32,000 nucleotides of DNA. It comes from Chlamydiales bacterium. Its GTDB lineage: Bacteria; Chlamydiota; Chlamydiia; Chlamydiales; SM23-39. Shown in pieces: positions 1 through 8,612 of the stretch. The notes beneath the pieces were generated by a model that worked only from the letters and a program-made list of their open reading frames with translations, ran no database searches and was not told the DNA's origin. A program made the translations under genes and the position numbers. Where the stretch lies: the NCBI GenBank assembly GCA_965261025.1, contig OZ253438.1, positions 1,080,001-1,112,000 of the forward strand, given 5' to 3'. Position 1 is the first letter of the stretch. Each line of letters begins with the position of its first letter.

Positions 1-2
1 AA

Positions 3-680
3 ATTGCTTATCCTATTTTCATGGGAAATGTTCGCTACGGCTTTTATAACAAGTACCAAAAATACTATGATGCCCTTGCAGAAAAAGAAATCTTCTCTCA
101 GCTAAATCCTAATAATCCCACTCTTTTCTACGCCCCTACTTGGAGGGATATTGAAAAAAAAACCTCCTTTTTTAGCTTAACAAAACTTCTTTTAAAACAA
201 CTTCCTAAGAACTGGAATCTTCTTGTTAAACCTCATCCTTTATTAGAAGAGAGAGAGCCCGTCTTGTACTATCAAACCCTTTTGGAAGAAAGAAGAGGAA
301 ATCAGTTTTTTGTCGTAAGGGATTTCCCTTTGATTTATCCATTATTGCAAAGATCTACTGCTTATTTAGGGGATTTTTCCTCTATTGGCTACGACGCCCT
401 TTATCTAAAAAAACCCCTTTTCTTTTACGATCCTTATAGAACTCCCTCCTCTCACCCTAGCAAGGCTTTATATGCTTGTGGTCTTTGTTTAGAGTCAAAA
501 CATCTAAAAGATCTTTACCCCTTTTTGGAAGAAAAAATCGCTAACTACCCAAAAGAACTCCTCCTAAAACAGCAACAAAGAGCCCTTTATACCTTTGGAA
601 AAAAAGAAGCTCTGTATCAAATTAGAAAAAGAGTAACAAAAAAAATCCAGGTGGCGCTTAAGAAAATATCCCAAAACTAA
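3..680 (+). CDS. CDP-glycerol glycerophosphotransferase (TagB/TagF)-family protein, C-terminal part; 5' end lies outside the window
   Basis: The frame is open from nt 3 (IAYPIF precedes the first ATG at 21). TagF-type catalytic-domain motifs are present: LFYAPTWRD, LLVKPHP, YLGDFSSIGYDALYLKKPLFFYD. Confidence 0.6.
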   Translation: MAYPIFMGNVRYGFYNKYQKYYDALAEKEIFSQLNPNNPTLFYAPTWRDIEKKTSFFSLTKLLLKQLPKNWNLLVKPHPLLEEREPVLYYQTLLEERRGNQFFVVRDFPLIYPLLQRSTAYLGDFSSIGYDALYLKKPLFFYDPYRTPSSHPSKALYACGLCLESKHLKDLYPFLEEKIANYPKELLLKQQQRALYTFGKKEALYQIRKRVTKKIQVALKKISQN

Positions 681-687
681 AAACTTC

Positions 688-1740
688 TTATTCTGCTGAA
701 GAAAGCTCTAACGGAGGAATAATGTGTAAAAAAGAGAGGTCGTTCATAGAACTTAGGCAGGGGTAGGCTTCTATTTCATAGGTCAAGTCTCCCTCTTTTT
801 GAGCAAAGACTTTAGAAATAAAAGCTACCTTTAACCCAGCAGGAAAAACCCCGTCGAGCCCCGTAGTGATAAGAAGATCTCCTTTTTTCAAAGAAAGACT
901 CTCTACACCGGCTGAAAAATCAGCATCTCGAAACTGGTAGTTAAAACCACTTCCTTTTAAAAGAGGTCTTTTTTGTAAGCCTGTCAGATCAAAACTTCCT
1001 CTAAGCTCTCCCTTTAGTAGGTAAAAATCTTTGCCATTCTCCTGCTTCTCTTTTAGCTTTTCATAAAAGGAAAAGGCTTCTTTTTTCAAAAGATCTTCCC
1101 TATTTCCTAACCTTTCTGTAAGAGACTCTATCAAATAGGCAAGCTCTCTATCTTGAGAATCCCCTCTTAAGGCTCGAACGGAGATACTCATATGGCTATC
1201 TGTAATAAGCCGAATCCTACTTTTTTTCCTATCTACATAATCGACTACCCCTACCAAATAAGGACCACACAAAACAGGACTATTTTTTGCTATAATCAAG
1301 CGGCCCAAAGTTTCGTTTTCTCTCTCTCCTACATTCACCCAAAGAAACCGATTCCAGGAGGATATTTCTCTATAAATTACTCTTGCTAAAAGAGCCTGCA
1401 TTTGCCTTTCTAACAGCTTTTTTTCCTCTTCAGATCTTCTTTGAAAAAACTCTTTCCAATAAAGAACATTTTCTAACTCTTCCTTTTCTTTCAAACTACG
1501 TATTTTTTGCGTTTGCTCGTCAATACGGTTATCAAATAAAAGCCATTCATATAAAGCGCCTATTTTTTCTTGCAAAAGTTGATTTTCTAAAACAAGGCTC
1601 TGCTCTTTTTCTTCCCTTTCTTCGCAGATTGTTTCTGAAGGAATTACCATTTTCGCTCGGAAAGAATCTATCCAGCTTTTAGGAAGAGAGAAAACAAATA
1701 AAACAACTAAAACCAGTAAAAAATAGGAAAGGATTTTCAC
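688..1740 (-). CDS. mreC: Rod shape-determining protein MreC
   Basis: 350 aa with an N-terminal TM helix (ILSYFLLVLVVLFVF), a coiled-coil-like E/K/L-rich segment, and the C-terminal MreC signature LLITTGLDGVFPAGLKVAFISKV. GTG start overlaps the upstream stop (GTGA at 1737-1740). Sits downstream of aspC/tyrB, as I recall for Chlamydia. Confidence 0.8.
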   Translation of the reverse strand: MKILSYFLLVLVVLFVFSLPKSWIDSFRAKMVIPSETICEEREEKEQSLVLENQLLQEKIGALYEWLLFDNRIDEQTQKIRSLKEKEELENVLYWKEFFQRRSEEEKKLLERQMQALLARVIYREISSWNRFLWVNVGERENETLGRLIIAKNSPVLCGPYLVGVVDYVDRKKSRIRLITDSHMSISVRALRGDSQDRELAYLIESLTERLGNREDLLKKEAFSFYEKLKEKQENGKDFYLLKGELRGSFDLTGLQKRPLLKGSGFNYQFRDADFSAGVESLSLKKGDLLITTGLDGVFPAGLKVAFISKVFAQKEGDLTYEIEAYPCLSSMNDLSFLHIIPPLELSSAE

Positions 1741-2915
1741 TGCATTACTTTCTTTAAAGCTTGCAAAAGGTACTCTATATTTTTTTCACTAATTCCGCAA
1801 AAATTGATTCTCCCACTTTTCGGAAGATAAATACCGAATTCATTTACCAACTCAGAAACCATAGATTCTCTTAAAGGAAGCAAGGAAAAAAGCCCTTTTT
1901 GCTTTCGAATACTAGAAAATTTTTTTTCTCCGAGTCCCTCTACCAAAAGATCTCTTGCCTTTTGAATTCTAGCTCTCATAACAGAGAGATCTTCTTTCCA
2001 TCTTTGTTTTAAGGAAAAATCTTGGAGTATCTCTAAAACCAGTCTTGATCCATAAGAAGGAGGATTGGAATAGCTGGAACGAATCAAAAAGAGCATTTGA
2101 CTTTTTAGCTTTTCTTGCCAGATTTCTCTTTCAAGATAAGCCAAAAAAAGACCGGTCCTTTCCCTGTATAATCCAAAGTTTTTAGAACACGAATACGAAA
2201 CCATGCAAGAAACCTGCTGCCTAAAGAGCTCTTTTACCAAGAACGTGTCTTCTTCCACCCCTCTAGCAAGGCCATGATAGGCAAAATCTACTATAGGAAA
2301 GAGATTTTTCTCTTTTATTTTTGTGAGTAGCTCTTTTGCCTCCTCCCTAGAAAAATCCATTCCAGTTGGATTGTGGCATACTCCATGCAGTAAAATCAGG
2401 GAATTGCCAGGAATTTTTTCCAGAAAAGAAAGAAACTCTTTAAAAAGAATTTTTTGATTTACCTCATCAAAATAGGGGTAGTAGCTAGGAGTGAGTCCTT
2501 TATGAGAGAAGATATTTTTATGATTTGCCCAAGTGGGCTCCGGTAAAAAAATAGAGGTAAAGCCTTGCGTTCTCAAAAAATCAGCTGCTAGAAAAAGGGC
2601 TCCTGTAGCTCCTAGGGTTTGTGCTAGGAAGATTTTTTCTTTTTCCACAAGATAGGTTTCTTGAAGAATCAGCTTACCCATTTCTTCTTGAAAACCAAGA
2701 TCCCCATCAATAGGGAGATAATCTGCTACAAACCTCTTTTTTGCTTCTTTCTTTTTAGCCTCCTCTACAGAAGGTAGGGGCCAGTATTCTACGTTTTCAT
2801 CAAAATAGATTCCTATCCCCAAATTGATCTTTTCTTTTCTAGGATCTTGTAGATATCTCTTATAAAGACCAAAAATGGGATCTTCAGGAAAAGTGGATAG
2901 ATGCTCGTAGAACAT
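1737..2915 (-). CDS. aspC: Aspartate/aromatic-amino-acid aminotransferase (class I, AspC/TyrB type)
   Basis: 392 aa. Motifs: NLGIGIY near the N-terminus, HGVCHNPTG, and the PLP-lysine motif YSCSKNFGLYRERTG (compare the SKNFGLYNERVG motif recalled for E. coli AspC). Confidence 0.9.
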   Translation of the reverse strand: MFYEHLSTFPEDPIFGLYKRYLQDPRKEKINLGIGIYFDENVEYWPLPSVEEAKKKEAKKRFVADYLPIDGDLGFQEEMGKLILQETYLVEKEKIFLAQTLGATGALFLAADFLRTQGFTSIFLPEPTWANHKNIFSHKGLTPSYYPYFDEVNQKILFKEFLSFLEKIPGNSLILLHGVCHNPTGMDFSREEAKELLTKIKEKNLFPIVDFAYHGLARGVEEDTFLVKELFRQQVSCMVSYSCSKNFGLYRERTGLFLAYLEREIWQEKLKSQMLFLIRSSYSNPPSYGSRLVLEILQDFSLKQRWKEDLSVMRARIQKARDLLVEGLGEKKFSSIRKQKGLFSLLPLRESMVSELVNEFGIYLPKSGRINFCGISEKNIEYLLQALKKVMQ

Positions 2916-3079
2916 GAAAAACCCTTTCTCCCATTGTAAAGGAACTTTCTCTTTTTTTTAAAAAGGCTTCTTAAGAAAAGCCCCTTTTCCCATTGTTGCA
3001 TTCTTATCTAGAGGTAAAAAAGTATTTTACTTTTTGATTTTCAATAGGATAGAAGGTATTTTTTTCCCAAAGGTTTCTT

Positions 3080-3109
3080 TTGATAATAAATATATCCCTG
3101 GGGTATAAT
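3080..3109 (+). promoter_or_regulatory. Candidate sigma70-type promoter for the 3145-3999 ORF
   Basis: TTGATA (3080-3085), 18-nt spacer, TATAAT (3104-3109). AAGGAG (3129-3134) lies 10 nt upstream of the ATG at 3145. Confidence 0.45.
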
Positions 3110-3144
3110 TGGCGCGCTTTTTGATTTAAAGGAGCTGTGTATAA

Positions 3145-3999
3145 ATGAACGAAACCCAATTAGTCCCCCCTCCCTGCTATCGGCTTAAACCAGCCTTGCC
3201 CAGTTTTCTCCAAGAAAACCGCCGCCTTTTTTCTCAAGGTAAATTTAAACCCATAGGATATGCTTCAGGCGAGCTCCTTGCCTTTTCTGAAGAGAAAGGA
3301 TTTTATCTAAAAAAGATCTCTAATATTTTCTTTGCCATGTTGGAAAAATTAGCTCATTTCTTTGGATTTTTGCAACAGACTAGTAGGTCCTGTGTTCTTT
3401 CAAGGATAAATCGTGAAATTTCAGCAATGAACTACAAGTTCACCTCAGGAACTGGCAAAAACCAGAGAAGTTATATATTTCAAGCAGTCCCTGTTCGCTT
3501 CTCCTCTATTGGGGAAACGATTGCCTTTGCCAGCTCTTGTTTTGCTGTGCAAGATTTCCATAGAGAAATTCACTCCACAAAGGAGATTAACACAGCAGAT
3601 CTCGAAAAGAAGGCAAAGCGAGAGGCGATAAGAAAAAAAACCTCTTATATCCTCACCAAAGGAGAAAAAAAATTCTTGCTGTTTGCGAAGGATTCTAGAA
3701 AGAATTTTTTCGCTGTTCGGGTTCAAGAGCCGCAAATATCTGTTGTACCTGCTTCCGAAAATAACACTAGCGGTATTGCACTTAAACAGGACTTCAAGTA
3801 TTCCTTTTTTGCTGACGAAATAATTCGAATCAAAAGTGATTTTTCTATAGAGGAAGGCTCTTCTCTTTTAAACCTAAAGCAAAGTGCTATCACTTCATCT
3901 GAAAAGGCCCAAAAGATACTCGGTTCTCTTTACCTCATTGAAGAGCAGGATCTTTCCCCCTGTCTAAACCTTACCGAAAAAACCTACCAAGCCCTTTGA
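3145..3999 (+). CDS. Hypothetical protein (284 aa), no family recognised
   Basis: Long ORF with a consensus-like promoter and AAGGAG RBS. Ordinary amino-acid composition. No signal peptide, TM helix or motif that I can name. Confidence 0.6.
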   Translation: MNETQLVPPPCYRLKPALPSFLQENRRLFSQGKFKPIGYASGELLAFSEEKGFYLKKISNIFFAMLEKLAHFFGFLQQTSRSCVLSRINREISAMNYKFTSGTGKNQRSYIFQAVPVRFSSIGETIAFASSCFAVQDFHREIHSTKEINTADLEKKAKREAIRKKTSYILTKGEKKFLLFAKDSRKNFFAVRVQEPQISVVPASENNTSGIALKQDFKYSFFADEIIRIKSDFSIEEGSSLLNLKQSAITSSEKAQKILGSLYLIEEQDLSPCLNLTEKTYQAL

Positions 4000-4004
4000 T
4001 CTAA

Positions 4005-4025
4005 AGGGAAAGGCTTTCTTTCCCT
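4005..4025 (+). terminator. Weak terminator-like hairpin after the 3145-3999 ORF
   Basis: AGGGAAAG (4005-4012), GCTTT loop, CTTTCCCT (4018-4025): perfect 8-bp stem. The nearest T-run (TTTTT) is about 13 nt downstream, so the call is weak. Confidence 0.3.
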
Positions 4026-4043
4026 AAGCTCTAAGAGTTTTTC

Positions 4044-4073
4044 TTGTTGAAAAGCCTTCTAATCTTCTAGAAT
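4044..4073 (+). promoter_or_regulatory. Candidate promoter for tRNA-Ala
   Basis: TTGTTG (4044-4049), 18 nt, TAGAAT (4068-4073); alternatively TTGAAA (4047-4052) with a 15-nt spacer. The -10 ends 12 nt before the tRNA 5' end. Confidence 0.4.
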
Positions 4074-4085
4074 CTCCCGTATTGA

Positions 4086-4158
4086 GGGGCGTTAGCTCAG
4101 CTGGTAGAGCGCAACAATGGCATTGTTGAGGCCAACGGTTCGACTCCGTTACGCTCCA
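4086..4158 (+). tRNA. tRNA-Ala (anticodon GGC), 73 nt, CCA not encoded
   Basis: Hand-folded cloverleaf: acceptor GGGGCGT/ACGCTCC with the G3:U70 alanine identity pair; D arm GCTC-AGCTGGTA-GAGC; anticodon arm CAACA-ATGGCAT-TGTTG (GGC); variable loop AGGCC; T arm AACGG-TTCGACT-CCGTT; discriminator A. Confidence 0.93.
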
Positions 4159-4173
4159 AATTCGGAGGCTTTT

Positions 4174-5058
4174 TTGTCTTACCTAACAGGCTCTTTTGTT
4201 GCTTTAATTACCCCTTTTACAGAAAAAAATGAAGTCGATTTCTCTGCGTTAAAGAAGTTAATCGCTTGGCATATACGCTGTAACACAGATGGAATTGTTT
4301 GCCTAGGCACCACAGCAGAAAACCCTACCTTGAAGGAGGGAGAAAAATGGCAGATTGTAAAAACCTGCTCAGAGGAGATCAAAGGAAAGATTCCTTTCAT
4401 GGTAGGAACAGGTTCCAATGATACACAAAAAGCTGTTTTTTATACCAAAATGGCAAAAAAACTAGGGGCGCAAGCTGCTTTAGTGATTGTCCCCTATTAT
4501 AATCTTCCCTCTGAAAAAGGCTGCGAACTTCATTTTCAAAAAATAGCAGAAATAGGCCTTCCTCTTATCCTGTACTATCACCCCAAAAGAACAGGCATAA
4601 CCTTATCTCCTTCTTTTATCCTGAAGCTTTTTCAAAAAGGGTGGATTAAAGGAATCAAGGATGGCAGTGGGAGTCTTCTTTTTCAAAAACAGCTAAAACA
4701 ACTCGGTCCCATTCCCATTTTATCAGGGGACGACAAAACCACACTAGATACGTTAAAAAATACAGGATCGGGAAGCATTTCTGTAGTAGCGAATCTAATT
4801 CCTTCTGTGTGGAAAAAAATACACCAGCTTGTTTTTTTACAAAAAGAAAAAGAGGCAGAAAAACTTTTCCAAACCTATCTCCCTTTGATAAAAGCCATTT
4901 TTTCTGATGTCAATCCTCAGGGAATCAAATGCGCTTTGGCTTTACAAAAAAGATGCCAAAATTTTCTCAGACTTCCTCTTGTTCCCTCTGATTTTTCGGT
5001 AGAGAAAACCATCAAAGAAGAGCTTAAACAAGTATCTTCCCTGGCAGCATCTCTTTAA
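4174..5058 (+). CDS. dapA: 4-hydroxy-tetrahydrodipicolinate synthase (DapA)
   Basis: Motifs: GSFVALITPF, GIVCLGTTAE, GTGSNDT, YYNLP, and the Schiff-base lysine context IKGIKDGSG. The track ATG at 4117 lies inside the tRNA. A TTG at 4174 follows GGAGG (4164-4168) and gives a typical 294-aa DapA. Confidence 0.85.
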   Translation: MSYLTGSFVALITPFTEKNEVDFSALKKLIAWHIRCNTDGIVCLGTTAENPTLKEGEKWQIVKTCSEEIKGKIPFMVGTGSNDTQKAVFYTKMAKKLGAQAALVIVPYYNLPSEKGCELHFQKIAEIGLPLILYYHPKRTGITLSPSFILKLFQKGWIKGIKDGSGSLLFQKQLKQLGPIPILSGDDKTTLDTLKNTGSGSISVVANLIPSVWKKIHQLVFLQKEKEAEKLFQTYLPLIKAIFSDVNPQGIKCALALQKRCQNFLRLPLVPSDFSVEKTIKEELKQVSSLAASL

Positions 5059-5773
5059 GCTCTTCTAGAGAAGAAAGGATCTTTTCCTCTTCTGCAGAAG
5101 TGAATCCACCCTTTTTCAAAAGGGCCTTTATCTTGTCTAAAGACTGCAATACCTGAACTCCTACTCTAGGAAGCCTCTTATCTGTTTCTGGGATAGGGAA
5201 TTTTTTACGAATCTGCTCGAGTAAAAACCGCTTCGGTTCTTTGTAATACTCTTCTACGATTTTTTCTTTAACCTGCATTTCCCCAGATCTACTCGCTAAA
5301 GTGTAGACGGCCTGTCTTGGCATCTCATCTATTTTAGGGTGAAGAGAAGAAGGCATGGCCATGTAAAATTCGTAGTACTGTAAAAAGTTGTAGGGAGTTT
5401 GCCTATTTCCATAAGTGGTAATTAGCCACGCTGTAAAAGCTCCCTCTCTGTAGGACTTTAGAATCCTTTGCGCTTTTTTTATTCTTTCTCCATGCAACAT
5501 AACAGCTTGGTTGGTAATAGCCCTTACCTCAGAAGTGATTGTAAGCAAAGATTCTAGATCTTCTTTTATGCTATAATCATCACTTTCCCGAAAACTTTTT
5601 AACATACTCTCTAAAGTCTCTCTTTCTTCTTCTCTCAAAGGAGTAACTCGAAAAACTCCAGAGAAACTAGAGAGATCTCCACTATGAGATCTATCTGCCA
5701 AAGAGTTCATGTTCTTTTTTTGTGAATCTTTTGATTTTAAACGTAAACTTAAAAGTGTGTGAAATTTTGCCAT
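5024..5773 (-). CDS. Chlamydial plasmid protein pGP6-D family homologue (chromosomal copy)
   Basis: 249 aa. Resembles pGP6-D as I recall it: GERIKKAQRIL, TPYNFLQYYEFYMAMP, PRQAVYTLASRSGE. Lies directly downstream of parA with a GAAGGGAAG RBS. Confidence 0.75.
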   Translation of the reverse strand: MAKFHTLLSLRLKSKDSQKKNMNSLADRSHSGDLSSFSGVFRVTPLREEERETLESMLKSFRESDDYSIKEDLESLLTITSEVRAITNQAVMLHGERIKKAQRILKSYREGAFTAWLITTYGNRQTPYNFLQYYEFYMAMPSSLHPKIDEMPRQAVYTLASRSGEMQVKEKIVEEYYKEPKRFLLEQIRKKFPIPETDKRLPRVGVQVLQSLDKIKALLKKGGFTSAEEEKILSSLEELKEMLPGKILV

Positions 5774-5797
5774 GACTTCCCTTCATGTAAAGCTGTT

Positions 5798-6553
5798 TTA
5801 CATTCTCCCTACTAGCTCTTCTGCCAACTTTACATAGTCGGCGGCTCCTTTTGCATTAGGAGCCGTTTTAAATACAGGTGCCCCATAGATAGAAGCTTCT
5901 GAAATGCGGATATCTCTCCTCACTTTAGAAAATAAAAGTTTTCCTGGAAAGGTGTTTTCAATAACATTTAAAAAAGCATGATTACTTTTCCCCCGGGGGT
6001 TCCAAAAGGAAAGAGAAACCCCTAATACTTTTAGTTGGTGTCTTTCTCCTATATTATTCATAAAAATCGAAAGGCGTTGTAGTCCTTTCACACTATAAAA
6101 TTCAGGCGTAGCACAAACTAAGGCATAGTCCGCGGCTATCAAGGCCGATTCAGTAAGCCAGCAAAGGGAAGGAGGCGTATCTAAAAGAACATAGTCGTAC
6201 TCTAACGGATGTAAGATCTCTTTCAGTCTTTCGTGAGAATACCGATCTGCTGCTAAAGGACCGCTTACTTCAACCCTTTCGAGCCACGTATCTGCTGGAA
6301 TCAAAGATAGATTGGGAACTGAAGTATCTAAAATAACCTGCTCTATCTTTTTTTCTCCTTGTAAAACAGGGGCCATACTATCTTGTTCATCTGGATCAAA
6401 GCCCAAACCTGTAGTCAGATTCGCTTGAGCATCTAAATCTATTAAGAGCACTTTTGCTTTATGAAACTGAGTAAGAGCAGCTCCTAAATGAAGCGCTGTG
6501 GAAGTTTTTGCGGTCCCCCCTTTGAAACTACATACCGCTATTACTTTCTTCAT
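5798..6553 (-). CDS. parA: ParA/Soj/MinD-family partition ATPase (pGP5-D-like)
   Basis: Deviant Walker A in KVIAVCSFKGGTAKTS, then LLIDLDAQANLT and DYVLLDTPPSL. The track start (6559) is TTG; ATG at 6553 gives the usual MKKVIAV start and is preceded by G8. Confidence 0.9.
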   Translation of the reverse strand: MKKVIAVCSFKGGTAKTSTALHLGAALTQFHKAKVLLIDLDAQANLTTGLGFDPDEQDSMAPVLQGEKKIEQVILDTSVPNLSLIPADTWLERVEVSGPLAADRYSHERLKEILHPLEYDYVLLDTPPSLCWLTESALIAADYALVCATPEFYSVKGLQRLSIFMNNIGERHQLKVLGVSLSFWNPRGKSNHAFLNVIENTFPGKLLFSKVRRDIRISEASIYGAPVFKTAPNAKGAADYVKLAEELVGRM

Positions 6554-6561
6554 GGACAAAG

Positions 6562-6569
6562 CCCCCCCC
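6562..6569. repeat. C8/G8 homopolymer between the thrS stop and the parA start
   Basis: gCCCCCCCCt on the plus strand. On the coding (minus) strand it reads TAA-GGGGGGGG-CTTTGTCC-ATG. Confidence 0.9.
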
Positions 6570-8486
6570 TTATTCCTTTACTGCATAAGGTGACATTAAA
6601 GACTTTTCTTTTTTTTCCTTACCTATTTTTTCTAAAAAATCAGATAAAGATACCTTTCCATGCAGCGCATTATCCCTGGTTCTTACAGAGACTTCTTGAC
6701 TTTCTTCTTCTCTATCTCCCACAGTAAGCATGTAATTGGTGTGCAAAAGTTGTCTCCTACGCACCTTTTTGGAAATAGATTCTTGTGCTTCATCTATATC
6801 ACATAAAAACCCTTCTTCCTGCAAGATCTTTTGCACTTTTTTTGCATAAGGCACATGCCTATCTGCCACAGGCAAAATAGCAATAGGATAAGGACTCATC
6901 CAAAAGGGAAACTTTCCTGCAAAGTGCTCTACCAAAATGCCAAAAAATCTCTCAATAGAACCAAATAGGGCTCTATGGAGCATAATGGGCGCTTTAGAGC
7001 TTCCCTCCCTGGTTATATACTCTAGACTAAATCGCTTCGGAAGAGACATATCAAGCTGAACGGTTCCACATTGCCAGTGTCTTCCCAAGGCGTCCCTAAT
7101 GTGAATATCAATTTTGGGCCCGTAAAAAGCTCCTTCTCCTTCTTGAATCGTATAAGAGTGTCCCCAAATATCTAAAGCCTCTTTTAACCCTCTTGTAGTA
7201 ATCTCCCAATCTTCTTCGGTACCAATAAATTTTTCAGGACGAGTAGAAAGCTCTAATCTATACGATAATCCAAAAGTCATATAGATTTTATCAGCCAAAC
7301 GTAAAATCTCTAAAATCTCTTCCTTAATATCTTCTGGTTTCATAAAAATATGGGCGTCGTCTTGGTGAAAAGCTCTTACACGAAAAAGACCACTCAAAGC
7401 TCCAGATGCTTCGAATCTATGTACATGCCCAATCTCTGCTATTCTCAAGGGAAGCTCCCTATAGCTGTGTTTTTTCAAGCCGTAATAAAGCACACAACCT
7501 GGGCAATTCATAGGTTTTATAGCAAATTCTTTCCCTTCTATTTCAGAAAGATACATGTTCTCTCTATAATGATCCCAGTGGCCTGAGCGAATCCATAACT
7601 CTTTTGAAAGAAGCATAGGAGTTTTTATTTCCTCATATCCCGCTTGTCTCAGGCACTGTTTTAAAAACCCGAGTAAAGCATCCCACAAAACCATTCCTCT
7701 AGAGGAAATAAAAGGCATTCCAGGAGCTTCCTCTTTGAAAGAAAAAAGAGCCATGGACTGCCCTATGACTCTATGATCTCTTTTCTTTGCCTCTTCTAAA
7801 AGCTGAATAAACTCTTGCATCTGTTTTCTGTGAGGAAAAGAGATCCCATAAATGCGCGTAAGCATCTCTTTTTTTGCATCTCCTCTCCAATAAGCCCCGG
7901 AGGTTTTTAGCAGTTTGAACGCCTTGATTTTTGCCAATTTAGGAAGATGGGGTCCCCTACAAAGATCAAAAAACTCTCCTTGCCTATATCCTGAGATAAT
8001 TCCCTCTTCGAATCCTTCAATAAGCTCTTTTTTATAAGGGTTTTTACCAAAGGCTTCTAACGCTTCTTTTTTTCCTAAAAACTCTTCTCTTTCTGGTCTA
8101 TAGTTTTCTTGAAGAATTTTTTCTGCTTCTCTCTCAATTTTCTCAAAATCATGCTCTGAGATTTCCAATCCTGCAAAATCGTAATAAAACCCATTTTCAA
8201 TGGCTGGGCCTATCGTAGGCCTTGCTTCGGGCCAAAGTCTTAAAACAGCTTGAGCTAAAACGTGGGCAGAACTGTGCCAAAAAATTTCCTTACCTTGGCT
8301 ATCTTGAAAATCCCAAATATCCACCACATCTTTTTCAAATAAAGGTTGGTCAAAATCACACAATTTCCCGTTTACAGATACTGCGACAGCCTGCTCAGCG
8401 GAGGTAAGATTGAGTTTTTCTACCAATCGAAAAACATTGCTTCCTTCTGGAAGTTCTACTTTTTTCCCCTTTACTAAGACTTGCAT
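6570..8486 (-). CDS. thrS: Threonine--tRNA ligase
   Basis: TGS-like N-terminus (MQVLVKGKKVELPEGS), editing-domain HSSAHVLAQA, class II core (FRVRAFHQDDAHIF, GAFYGPKID), and an anticodon-binding C-terminus. The track start at 8522 is TTG; ATG at 8486 follows AGAGGGGGA. Confidence 0.95.
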   Translation of the reverse strand: MQVLVKGKKVELPEGSNVFRLVEKLNLTSAEQAVAVSVNGKLCDFDQPLFEKDVVDIWDFQDSQGKEIFWHSSAHVLAQAVLRLWPEARPTIGPAIENGFYYDFAGLEISEHDFEKIEREAEKILQENYRPEREEFLGKKEALEAFGKNPYKKELIEGFEEGIISGYRQGEFFDLCRGPHLPKLAKIKAFKLLKTSGAYWRGDAKKEMLTRIYGISFPHRKQMQEFIQLLEEAKKRDHRVIGQSMALFSFKEEAPGMPFISSRGMVLWDALLGFLKQCLRQAGYEEIKTPMLLSKELWIRSGHWDHYRENMYLSEIEGKEFAIKPMNCPGCVLYYGLKKHSYRELPLRIAEIGHVHRFEASGALSGLFRVRAFHQDDAHIFMKPEDIKEEILEILRLADKIYMTFGLSYRLELSTRPEKFIGTEEDWEITTRGLKEALDIWGHSYTIQEGEGAFYGPKIDIHIRDALGRHWQCGTVQLDMSLPKRFSLEYITREGSSKAPIMLHRALFGSIERFFGILVEHFAGKFPFWMSPYPIAILPVADRHVPYAKKVQKILQEEGFLCDIDEAQESISKKVRRRQLLHTNYMLTVGDREEESQEVSVRTRDNALHGKVSLSDFLEKIGKEKKEKSLMSPYAVKE

Positions 8487-8612
8487 ATCCCCCTCTAAAA
8501 TTTTCCCACTAAGACAGCCCAAAGTTTACCTGATTTTTGAAAGAAAAAAAATAAAAAGGTTTAACAGGACCCGCATTCAAAAATTTGCATTCATCTCACT
8601 TTCTCGTCAAAA

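Noticed and set aside
1192-1682. Two plus-strand ORFs (65 and 99 aa) antisense to mreC. Similar antisense or alternate-frame ORFs occur inside aspC, the orphan ORF, dapA, thrS, the OMP genes, carA, carB, the Gfo/Idh/MocA oxidoreductase gene, the DegT gene, the Ldh_2 gene and the 619-aa aminotransferase gene.
   Set aside because: Each lies wholly within a longer ORF that has clear family motifs. Their compositions are skewed and they have no start context. I treat them as artefacts.
4065-4072. Palindromic TTCTAGAA shared by the putative tRNA-Ala promoter (4065-4072) and the OMP promoter (9571-9578), both followed by T/C-TCCC. Considered as a common operator.
   Set aside because: An 8-mer AT-rich palindrome is expected to recur by chance in 32 kb of this composition, and similar strings occur inside coding regions (for example near 10755). 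Two occurrences are insufficient evidence.
5024-5058. A 35-nt convergent overlap between the 3' ends of dapA and the pGP6-D homologue, considered as a possible antisense regulatory arrangement.
   Set aside because: Only the poorly conserved C-terminal tails overlap, and no hairpin or other structure is evident. Short convergent overlaps are common in compact genomes. The OMP/lplT-like pair (10847-10850) overlaps in a similar way.
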